In this document: in pieces, positions 12,757 to 24,785 of the stretch | How the letters are laid out: every line of letters starts with the position of its first letter | How positions within the stretch are numbered: the first letter of the stretch is position 1 | DNA from: Antedon mediterranea | Taxonomy: Eukaryota; Animalia; Echinodermata | Length of the DNA stretch: 64,000 bases | Direction of reading: 5' to 3' | Assembly: GCF_964355755.1 (NCBI RefSeq) | Contig: NC_092670.1 | Span: 33,654,388-33,718,387, forward strand | Position numbers and translations under genes: made by a program | Notes under the pieces: model-generated | The model's input: the letters and a program-made list of their open reading frames with translations, nothing else | Databases searched by the model: none | What the model was told of the DNA's origin: nothing

Positions 12757-13702
12757 ATACAAACGATAAAATAATTAGCCAGAAGAGAGAAGTTCAAAAC
12801 GTTAAAAAAAATGGTGAAACCGTATTGGCGTTTTTATTACCAAAACCCTGGCTAAAACGTCAATCTACAATATTGTAAAGAAAAACCATAACATAATAAA
12901 TAGTATAATTTCACTGAAGTCACGCAAAATAGTAATAATAACCGCTATAATTAATAAAAATATTTACATATTTTTAAGTTAAGGATTAAATAATTGCTTT
13001 AAAATATGTGTTGACGTTATTACTAGCAATGACTAAATATATTTAATACACCATAACATTTTAATGAAAATAATGAGAATAATCAGAACAGGTTTGTAAA
13101 TAAACTTAAAAAAACGTTTCCTTTTAAAATAAATGTTAAATTATACTATTTTTTAAATATGCTAACAAAAAGTATATATAGGCCTTTGTTTAAAATAAAT
13201 CGATATATTATAGATTTTTTGTCAAAGTTTTGTTGTTGTTTTGTTGTTGGTATTTTTAGTTAACTGTAATACACAAAATACAGTATGAAACATACACAGC
13301 ATTTTAAAAAACTCCTTTCCACTAACAAACATTATAAAGTAGGTTTTTTTTTAGAAAATTACAGCTATGGCTAATACAAACACATATATAAATGTTTCAA
13401 GAATTACCGTTTAATTATAGAATGGTACAACTCTTATTAATGTGTATTACTCTTGAAAATAGTATAATTTACATGATGATGTTTCGTAAGTACAAGAATG
13501 ATATCAATTTCTTTCTATAATCTGATTAATTGCCTGTGTTATAAGAAGGCATATATTTAGGTATACAATCAAAAAATAATGAAACATAATCACCATCATA
13601 CAGTGTTATTACCTCATTGATACATATTAATATGTCTATACATGTACATACATACAAATACAAAATGCAATGGTATACAACAACGTTGTTTACCAAACGT
13701 AT

Positions 13703-13990
13703 GGAGTGAGTGAGTGGCTGAGCGGTTAAGACAGTGGAACCGTAATTAAGTAGCCATAACATCGGCAGGGGTTCGAGGCTTACTCGCTCCATGGTTCATG
13801 TGGTAGAACGAGTCTTCTCGGATAAGGACTATAAACCGTAGGTCCAGTGTACACATAGCTCATGCGCACTTTAAAGAACCTAGTACATCTTTCGAAACGA
13901 GTAGGGGGTTACCCCGGTGTACTAGTCCACATAATCACAGCCACTGTGCAAATTGGGACTGGACCGTTTTGGGCCTGTTCGTAGGGGTTG
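13703..13990 (+). mobile_element. tRNA-derived SINE with Deu/Nin-type central domain
   Basis: A-box TGGCTGAGCGG and B-box GGTTCGAGGC, then GATAAGGACTATAAACCGTAGGTCC...TTAAAGAACC...GAGTAGGGGGTTACCCCGGTGT, resembling the Deu/Nin core (recognised from memory). Confidence 0.7.
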
Positions 13991-15031
13991 AAAATACCAG
14001 CTTATTCCCGATTTCCGTTCGCGTGATCCATTTAACTTTTGCCTCAGGCTACAAAAAATTCGAGGCAAAATGTTCACCAAATTTGCAGGTTATTTAAGCG
14101 ATAATCCAATTATACTCGGCCTTCGAGGATAATAAATCTCCGATAGAGGCAATGTGTCAAATTTTGCTGCCTAGGCCCGTCATTTCTCCTACGAAGCTCT
14201 TCCATACACGCTTCGAGAGCGATCGTCAGCTGGTGCTGTCCTTGTTGGTGTAGACCGCTTAGTAGGCCTAGCTGGTCGGTGGTGTTTCCGTCGTGTAACA
14301 TTGGGCTCAAATTCTTCGTCAAGGAGTAAAATAATGGTCGTCAGTTGAAGGCATATTTCGGCAGGATTATCGGCGTTAAGAGGCATAAGGTTTGTCGCAA
14401 GGATAAAAGGTAGCAAGTAATTGTTATTGTAAAGAAAGATCGCGAGTAAAAAATATACAACACGAAACTAGAGTGCGAAAATGGGGTCGTAGGTTGTAAA
14501 GACAACTGACCTTAAAACGTAATTTCTGGTTTGTGATTCGTCGATTAAGCATTTAAGCGGTTAAATATTCCAAGTACGAACAACGCTTAACTGAGTTAGT
14601 AAGAAGTCGAATAAATAAAAAATTAAAAATTAAAAAAAAAGGTATCAACGTTTTGTTTTTATTGACATTCTTGTTTACACTAACATTTATTATTCCAACT
14701 GTGATTAACTATTTGCTAGCTACATTTGTTACCAAATACCATAATACCAGGTGAAACTTTCTACACTAGATTAATTGATCCGATGCGTACTGTCCAATAT
14801 TTTAACTTAAAAACAAAATTTAAATTTATCAATATCACAAAAAAAAAACTGTCCAAAAATGGAATATATTTAATTCCTTATTCATCACTATCTTTAAAAA
14901 ATATTGAAAATCCAAAGTTTGTTTTTTTTTATTTTTTATTTATTTCTAAATCAAACCAACAACAAAACCAAAACAAGAAATATAAGAACTAGAGTGATAA
15001 TATAAATATTACCTTAATATAAAAACCAAAG

Positions 15032-15156
15032 CTATATTATAACATTATTTTCCTCAGTGTGTGATTCCTCATGGTCATCATCATCGATCTGAAGAAGCAG
15101 TGCCCCACTAATCTGACGTCGACAAAAGTCTGTTTTAAGTTTCTTCAAAAAATCAA
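15032..15156 (-). CDS. Exon 19: short acidic cytoplasmic tail and stop
   Basis: VDFLKKLKTDFCRRQISGALLLQIDDDDHEESHTEENNVII*; TTTTCAG acceptor, phase 1 matches exon 18. Confidence 0.85.
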
Positions 15157-18100
15157 CTGAAAACGAGAGCAAACAAATAATTTAATAAAAAGTACCCAGA
15201 AACTATTTGTTTTATAAGCAATTGGCTAAATCTGGTGGTTTGATAGGCCTATATATTCATTATATACATTCGCTTAATTCCTTACCAATTACGATCAGCA
15301 TGATAGAAACATTCAGCATAATTAGAATAACGGGAGTTATCTTGTGTAGCAAACCAATGACGTCATCTCCATTGACATTTTGATCCACGTTTACAATCGC
15401 CCCAATGGATAGATTGACAACGATAAAGACAAGAGTCAACAATTGAAATCTTTGCTCGGATTTCTCTTTCATTGGCTGAAGGTACAAATGCAATACAATA
15501 AAGATGACAGTAAAAAACAATGAGTATGACAAACTTGATGACACGTCATCTTTTAAGTTGGAAATGAGTGCCAACAGAGCCTTGTTGTACAGCTCAAATG
15601 ATTCCCAAAACCAAAATGTGTGCTTGTATTGTCCACAAAAGAACCTCACACCAATCATCCGTCCTTGATCTTGGTTTTCTTCATGTTGATCACAATGTAC
15701 ATGTAGACAGTATAGCATAAGAACTATTACCAATGGGAAGCCAATGATGTATGTTAAAGAAACGTAAACAAGTGTTTTGTTGACTTCATATGTAGATCCA
15801 TTATTTTGGTCAAGATCAATCGAGTAGTCTGACGTTAGTACTGTTTTATTGACATTACCATCTTCTGTAACGTTATATAAACGAATTGACCATGGTCCAA
15901 CCGCCATGATGTCTGCACATGTATTTGCATATGTAAGGTAAAGAAGTAGCATTGACACAACGATACATTTGTCACGTGTGCGGCTCTTAGTTATTACCCC
16001 ATGACACGTATGCCACGTATAAAACATAAGGTAAATAGCGGACATAGTTATTACTATGAAAACAGGTGTGCAAATAGCAACTTGAAGTGACGAATATGCA
16101 TTCCAAGATTTAAGTAAACATCTTGGGCTTAGCATACTAATATATCTTATGACGTCAAAATACTCAAGTATTCTACCAGCAAATTCATAGCTTTTAGGCC
16201 AGTGAATTTCAGTTACTTCTGACAGTATACCTAAAACCTGATAGAAGTTTATAGAAATTTTTAAATATGTCACAAATGAATCTAGTTTTGTTTGTCGCTG
16301 GTGGTCGGTGTTCCTTTGTTGTAATCTCCAAATGAGACATATAACTCCAATCGTTACAAAAATAACACACATAAATATGACAACAGTTAGGAGAGGGCCT
16401 TGGCATTTGTGACATTCGTTAAATAACTGATAATATCCTTTTGAACATGCTGCACAAAGCCAACCAGTGTATCCTTTAGCACAAGTGTCATTTAATTCCA
16501 ATCCAATGCTACAACTATTATTTCCTAGAGGACACAGGTGAATTTGTGGTAATGGACCTTTGTATACAGCATATTTTAGTTGGTTTGGATCGTCAATGGG
16601 AAAATTGTAGTTTTTTAAATTATTTATAAATGTGTTGTACGCCGACAAACAAGAACTTTTGTTTTGTTCTTCATCTACAATACAATCACCAGGAAAATCC
16701 CAGGACCACCAGTATCCACGTGTTAGATTCATATATCCTTCATTACACGTGACGCCCTCCGGACAAGGCATACATGGACCAAACCGATCAGTTCTATGGA
16801 ACTTGTCGAGGCAATAACAAGCATTTAGATTAGCAAATGCACTTGTATTGGTTCCAGATGGACACGTCTGGCAATCCGCGATAGAAGCTGCTCCTGCATT
16901 TTCTGAAAAACTTCCAATAGGACATTGTTGACAGGTCTCTCTATAATCAATCTTTCCCATAACTCCGCGTTTTTCTTGATAGAAGCCACCTGCAACGACG
17001 AGATAATAATGTTTGCTAAATTTAAATAAATATGTCAAATGTAAATATTATTTGCTATTTAACTGAAAACAATTTGATGTCATTTAAAATGTTGGACATA
17101 AATTAATTAATAAATGCCATAAATTACCTGGAGGGCATTTTTTACATGATGTTTCACGTTTCGACATTATTTTGTATGTTCCCTTTTGGCATGGACTGCA
17201 TATTCTCGTTTCTGAATTACACGTCATACCAGTACCCAGATAAATATACCTTAATATCTCTTCAGAAATGTCTACATTGATGTCTGTATCTTCAGTAACA
17301 CAAATACTAGTAAACAATAAATTATAATAACAATAAGTTTTGCAAAAATTGTTGTCTTAGTATAAACATAGGTACTATAACTGATAAATTGCAAAAGTCC
17401 GCAGTGACTTGTCTAAATTTATATCTCATCAGGAGGAACTCAACGCACTTGGAGCATTTAAACTAAGAGATAGTTCACGTACATGTACGGCATACATTTG
17501 GCGTATATATTGCGTAGCATACGCCTTTATGTGAACTAAGCAGTATCGTTATTAACGCAATTACGCCACGGCGTTATTAATGACAGCTATATACCTATCT
17601 TAACGTACGCCAATAACTACAGCGAATCTTGAATAATTTTACCTTATTTCAAGATATTCATAATCAATTCATGTTTTACTGTTGTATTGTAAATGTTATT
17701 GCTGATATAAAAACAACTGAGCTATTTAGCTGCTCTCTGCTCTTCGATCTGAAAGCGCATGAAATGTTTAGGGTGAAATAAAACATTCACTTTTTTTCAC
17801 AATGTATCCCACTTTATAATTTATTACAGATTAATTCAAAGTATTAAATAAAAGATTAATTAAACCCTGGTGGATAAAAAAAGATATTATGGAGTGGAGT
17901 ACCATCAAGGTCATGCCCACAGATGGTTCTCGAATAACAGTAATTTCAGCGTAAAAAAAAAATGGCGATTTTCAAATTTACGCAATGCTTAGTTTGTCCT
18001 TCATATGAACGAATAAATGAACACGGTGATTTATGTAGTCAACCAAAATAAGCTCTTCATCAGTGCAAGTGAAGGAATTTGTATAACGTCATAGTATAAG

Positions 18101-21100
18101 AGCAGGCAAGTGCTCCCTGTGTCGACAGGAATCAAAGAAATAAAACAAAAGAAGACAGGATGGAGTCTGAATAAGAGTAGAAAACAAAGAAGGTAGCTTT
18201 GTAGAGATATAAACAATTTTTGAATGAAACTAAAAAACAGCTTAAATGGTGGTTAATATTGAAACTTAAATTTTGGTAGTCAATGGAATAATTTTACAGA
18301 TCTGGGAGTATGTTCCTAATGTTAAGTCCAAAAGGTTTTGTGGTTTTAAGTTGTAATTCCCAGTGGTTATCTTTGTCTTTGTGAGTTTTGTCGCTCCATT
18401 CGACATCGTGGTCTATTGCAATAACTCTGAAATTTGCTATCGAGTGACCAGCTGAATTAAAATGTTCGGCTACAGGTTGATCAAGATTTAATGTTTTGAT
18501 AGCTGATCTATGTTGTGTCATTCTCATGCGAAGAGTATTTTTTGTTTCTCCGACGTACTGTTTGCCACAAATATTACAGTATATGAGATAAATTACGTTT
18601 TTGGTTAGACTATTCGTCGTCGACACCACGAAGTGACACTAACCTCGTAATTGATAAAAACAGCGTTTCGGAAAAAACGCGATTGAAGAAACGAGATTCA
18701 CAAAACACACGATTTCGTCCTCAAAAAAATGTCACTAAGAATTTTAATTTACATACATACAAAGCTAGACAATCCAGCTACCCATTACTTTTATTTAATT
18801 TTAATCACATTAATTAATTACCAAGTAAATTAAAGTTAAACTTTAGTGTCACTTCGTGAAACCGAAAAATTCATTTCCCTACGTAGTTTACGCTTACGAA
18901 GTGACACTAACGCAGTTAGAAATACGCGGTGAAATCGAATTTGCGTTTCACGAAGTGACACTAACGCAGTTAGTGTCACTTCGTGAAACGCAAATTCGAT
19001 TTCACCGCGTATTTCTAGTGCGTTGGAAGTGACACTACTGTGTAATTCATAGCTTTCCAATGCAATGATCTTACATCATAACATTTATGCATGGTCCTTG
19101 ATAAGTGAACACTATTATATATACATTACAAACATGCATGTCTCTTTTAAGCCATGCCTGCACTATCCGACTTGCTTCATCTTCCATTTCCATCAAATTT
19201 TTGCTCAAGAACCATAAGTCTTCCTTGTTTATTACATGGCCATCTCATAAGAGATGGCCATTTAATGTATTGTTTTCATTGATTTCCCTTTTGATTCTAT
19301 TCATTTTTCCATTATTTTAGTTTGTTAGTTTTCATAAATTCTATTTATTTTCATTAAATTTTTAATTGTTGTATGTTATTGTCTTTTTAAATTCCATTTT
19401 TGTGAGGTTCTCTCTATTTAATGATCACCTTCGACTGGAAGAACCACCCTAGTAAAATATTGTTGAAATAAATAAAATCAACAATTTGATGTGCATATAT
19501 GGACACTTTGGCATAATATCACTCCATATTTGGGCACATCAAATTTTTTTGTCAAACTAGTTTGATAGTGTAGAAAGGGATAGGTTATTTATAAATAAAA
19601 CAACCACATCAAATAAATCTAAAAACATAGTTTGACCTACTTTAACACTTTTAATAAAAACATCAAATTACATAGACATATAAATAGGCCTATCTGGAAT
19701 GTACAGTAAGCATAATGTACATCTTCATATTTTTTTCCATATTATTAAATATTATTTATTTTTTCAACATTGAACGATTAATAATTCAGTAATACAATTG
19801 GTACTTCAGCCAGTATTAATTTATATAAAAAATTATTCTCTATTGTTATAAATTATTTTAATGATTTATAACAATAGAGAATAATTTTTGTAAAAATATT
19901 GTATAAAGTATTTAAAAATACTTTATACAATATTTTTACAATACATTAGTTTTTTCTATTACCAGTATGTTTTTTAATTTATTCAATCCATTGTTCTGTG
20001 ATGTAAACATCATCTAAAATGCTCATATAACATAAACACTTGCTACAGGCTGCCTACATACACCTCCCCCATTTGTAAACCTTGAACTTGATACCTTCTC
20101 CCTTAAATTGATGTAGATAGATTGCTTGTTGATCGAACAACAGCAACGTACATCAACAATGGTGTAACCTCCAATAGTAACGTACACCAACAATGACGTA
20201 ACCTCCAACAGCTACGTACACCTACAATGGTGTAACCTCCAACAGCAACGTACACCAACAATGGTGTAACCTCCAATAGTAACGTACACCAACAATGGCG
20301 TAACCTCCAACAACAACGTACACCAACAATGGTGTAACCTCCAATAGCAACGTAACCACCAACAGTGGTGTAACCTCCGGCTCAACTATCCCTCCAATAG
20401 TAACACGACTAGTAGGCTGTACCCTCTGGCTCAACTATAACTCCAATAGCAACACAACCAGTAGGCTGTACCCTCTGGCTCAACTATAACTCCAATATTA
20501 ACACAACCAGTAGGCTGTACCCTCTTGCTCAACTATAACTCCAATATTAACACTACCAGTCGGCTGTACCCTCTTGCTCAACTATAACTCCAATAGTAAC
20601 ACAACCAGTAGGCTGTACCTTCTGGCTCAACTATAACTCCAATAGTAACACAACCAGTAGGCTGTACCCTCTGGCTCCACTATAACTCTAATAGTAAAAC
20701 AACCAGTAGGCTGTACCTTCTGGCTAAACTATAACTACAATAGTAACACAACCAGTAGGCTGTACCCTCTGGCTCAACTATAACTCCAAAAGTAACACAA
20801 AACGACGAAAAAAATCGCACTTACTCTTAACTGTTTTTATAATTCTCCTTTTTATTAGCCAAGTCTAGTTTTTCCCTTTAACAGTTTTGGTTTTGATCTC
20901 TCTAACTTTTCTACTTCTATTTCCACATCTGCTCTCCGCTATTCCTTTATTTCAACTCCCTGTATATCCGCCGCCCCCTATATTATTATCACCCCCTCCT
21001 AAAATGATCGGTCCCCAAAATAATCACACACAAAAAAACAAAGCAACATTATGTAAAACATAAACGGCGAGACTACCTAGCTACTTATTGTTCGTAACGT

Positions 21101-24100
21101 AAGGTTTGTGGAGGTACAGGCGTACTTCCCTGATCACCGGGCTCCTCTGGGGCAGTAAGCAACGGGCCTTCCTTAGGCATCTCGGGCCGTTGGATTTCTC
21201 CGTCCACTTCTTCTGGGACTCGACTGTTGGTGTCTCGGTACCTTCGGCGACGGCTTCCTGTGTCACCCGAACCAACGAACTCTCTTCTCCTGGGGGAATA
21301 TCCCAGAGGGCAATCTCCTCACCCTCATATGGCTTCATTTGGTCCACATGTACGAACTTTGATTTCTTTCTCGGTCCTTCTTGAATCCGGTACACCACCT
21401 CAGATAGCTTCTTGATAATTAGGTATGTCCCATGCCACTTACATTGAAGTTTCGGTGATCTCCCTACAGTTTTTGCTCCAGACCCATGCTCCCATTTTCG
21501 GCCAGAAATAACGCTGGAACAATTTTCCTGTCGTTTTAACCACTCATAAGTGTCCACCAGTCTTTTCCCCATGGAGCTCTTCGAGAACAGGAGACCGCAT
21601 TGATTCAGGAAGCACCAGTCGCCAGGTTATTCCTTTACCATCGTCGGATTCCCACCGGCGATATAACACATCATCTCTTACTTCCAACAAGTTCCAGTTC
21701 TGCCAGTAACTCTTCTTGTAATCAGCTTGTAACCCGGCGATCTCTTCGAACTTTGGTCGGGGCTCTCTTCTCTCTAGGAATCACATGACCCATCGAATGA
21801 CATCATCTGTCATCTGGGACTGTTGGATGTCTGCGTTCTTCCACGTCGGCTGAAATTGGACTAGCCGTAATGAAGACCTTCCTCTGGCTTCTTCCATCTC
21901 CACTTCTACCGCCTTCCAGGCCAACTCTTTCTTACTCGCCATCGTCTCGTCAATTCCACACGACACACACGGTTTTCTGGACAGCCCATCTGCATTGCCA
22001 TGTTTTTAACATGGGACGGTGGACGATCTTTATCTTTCGCATCGTTATCCAACTCCACTTGCCAGTATCCTAAAGCCAAGTCCAGTGTCGAAAACCATTT
22101 GGCACCCGAAAGCGCATCTAAGGAGTTGTTGATTCTAGGGATTGGGTAAGCGTCCTTGATCGTAACTGAGTTCAGCCACCGGGGAGACGTCTTGGAAGCT
22201 AGCTAATAAAGACGCCACCTGCATGTGGTATTGCGGCTCTAAAGCGGTCACGCTTTGGCCTAAAAAGTCCTCCAGGTGTTCTGGGAAAGATCGCTGTCGG
22301 GGCTCAGCATCCTCCGGATGAGGGGTACGAGTTTCAACCTGGTCTGAAGATACCGGATACAGCTTTCCGAATGTCGTCCCAGCGCGTAGTATCCTCTTTT
22401 TGACACCTGGAATAAAGATTCGTAGTGGTAGTGCCTCCTGCTTTGCATTCACTACCGTTCTCGCCATAATGAATCCTTGTCCAGCTAGCTCTTCTTCACG
22501 ATATGGCTCTATCAGGCCTGTCTCCGTGTTGGTAGGTTGTGTCTGGATTCGTCTCAGGTTTATGTGTTCGTGCCCTGGCAAGATAACCGTAGTGTCTCGT
22601 ACGATTATGTTAGGTGAGAATCGTGTCTCATCAGATCCTAGCAGTTCGATCACACCTCTCCACCCACCTTCAGTTGTAGCCTACAAAGGTCTAGTGCCGC
22701 TTCTGTGCCTAGTAGGTAATTCATCCCTAGTACTCCCGAGACTTTTAAATCTGCGAACACTACTTCCGTCACCCTAAAAGTGTGGCCAACTTGTAACCCT
22801 ACCCAGGTACGTCCTATAGTGTTTAAACGAATGCCGTCCGCTTGTTGGCATTCTCGTAAATCTCGTCTGAACTCCGGTCGGCATTCCGTCGATATTTCGT
22901 AGTACGATCGGGATGATAGTACTGTATCCGATGCTCCAGCATCAACTAGTAGTGTTGTTCTCGTCCCGTTGACAGTGGCTCCTACGTATAGAACTTCGCT
23001 AGGGTGGTATTTGGAGTATTCTGGTTTTTTTTTTCAAGTTGGTTTACTGTTTGGGTGGAGGTGTGGTTTGTGGTTTGTGCGAAGGAGTAGCTCCTCTTTT
23101 TCTTTGGTTCACTGGGCCTTCGATCTCTTCCAGTCTCTTCTCGACCCCTTGAGTCGGCTGCTCTTCATTTCCCGAATCCGTCACTCTGTTTCGGCACTGT
23201 CTGGCGAGATGGCCCTTCTGTTGGCAATTATAACAGACACTCTTACGCACTCTCTCCTGTCTTTCATCTCTTGTTTCCCATGGTTTACCCCGCCTCCTCG
23301 TCGTCTGTTGTTCTGTCGAGTGGGGCAGCATGCGTACCTCTACCTGTGACATCCATCTCTCCATTCTTTCTTCAAAATCTTCCTGCCTTTGGTGAGGTTC
23401 GTTTGTGATCGGCCGTAGGTATTTCGGGGTGCTCGTGGGTGCCGTTGCTCTTCCAGCTTGAGGAAACTGTCCATGGATAGCGCTGCTCCAAGGGCATCAT
23501 CCAGTGTGGCCGGAGACGCTTTGAAAATTCCTTCTCTAATCTCTGCTCTTCCCACGGTGTCACCAAGGTGTCTTTTTGCCAACCGTTCTACTCCTGCTTT
23601 CGGAAATTCCGGGTATGCCAGGTTGGATAACTCTCGGATGGCCTGCCCGAGCTCATGTAATGTCTCGTTGGGTTTCTGTCTCCTGAGTCTCAGTTCCATT
23701 ATGAAGTTTTCTGTTTTCTTTTCTGGACCAAATCTGTGTTCCAAGGCCGCTATCAGTTAAACATAGGTTAACTCTCGCTCTGGGGCCACAGCCAGTACCT
23801 TCAAGGCAGGTCCTTTTAGGCTGGCTTTGAGGAATGCTCCGGCTTGTTCCGATCCTCAATCCATCCGTTCGCCTCCACGCAGTCGCAAAAGTGTTGGAGA
23901 TAATCACTGCAAGGCGCCTTTCCTTCAAACCTATCTGGGTGTATGACTGGTTTCTGGCATCAGAGTTTCTTTCCAACCCTCTTCTGCATCGCTTCCGCTC
24001 CGTGTCAACGGCCAGGGTGGGGTAAAGGTGTCAACTTCGGTCGGCTGCGACCTTCTTTTTCCTGTCGACTTTCCAACAGGGGACCCTAATATCTCCAAAC

Positions 24101-24732
24101 TATCGGCCTCCTCTGTCCTCTGTTCCAAACTATCTCTCGCTAAAGGTGCACGTCCGCTACCACCAGTATTTCTCCTCCAATACTGGAGCTTAACGGCTGC
24201 GCCAGGTCCATGTCCGTCACCTCGTTCTACAGTCGGTTTATCTCCTCTGAATAGCATCTAATGACTCTTGTAATTGTTCGATCGTGTGAGTAATTCCTTC
24301 CGCAACACGACCAATCCCACTGCTGCCACAAATGTAACGGAAATCTGTTCTTGGGTTTTTTCCCTTTGGGGAGGATCTGTGGATACCACGGTCCACTCGA
24401 ATAAAACAAACAATCAATTACAATTTCTGGAGTGACCTCCTTTATTCTTTTATGATTCAAAATTATTGGTAACAACCGATTAAAATAATTAATTAGATTA
24501 GTTTTGCTATTACGCCGGACTTGAAACAACAGCGTAACCACCAGTAATGACGTAACCTCCAATAGCAACGTAACCACAAACAATGGCGTAACCTCCAACA
24601 GCAACGTACACCAACAATGGCGTAACCTCCTAGAAATTGCATTTTATTTGCCAGGAATTTGTATGATTTATTTCTTTTTTATTTTTAAATGCGCCTTGAG
24701 CACTCTGGAGTGGTATGTGCGCTATAAAAATC

Positions 24733-24785
<53 letters not shown>

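Noticed and set aside
14110-14416. GC-richer short ORFs on the minus strand
   Set aside because: Frameshifted with no recognisable motif; likely a transposon remnant.
15260-17038. Calling the 592-aa ORF a stand-alone gene, an LGR-type GPCR or a TLR
   Set aside because: It has splice sites at both ends and continues in frame into other exons; there is no DRY/NPxxY or TIR, and more than seven hydrophobic segments.
19827-19942. Two adjacent AT-rich hairpins
   Set aside because: Short and very AT-rich; most likely local template-switch products.
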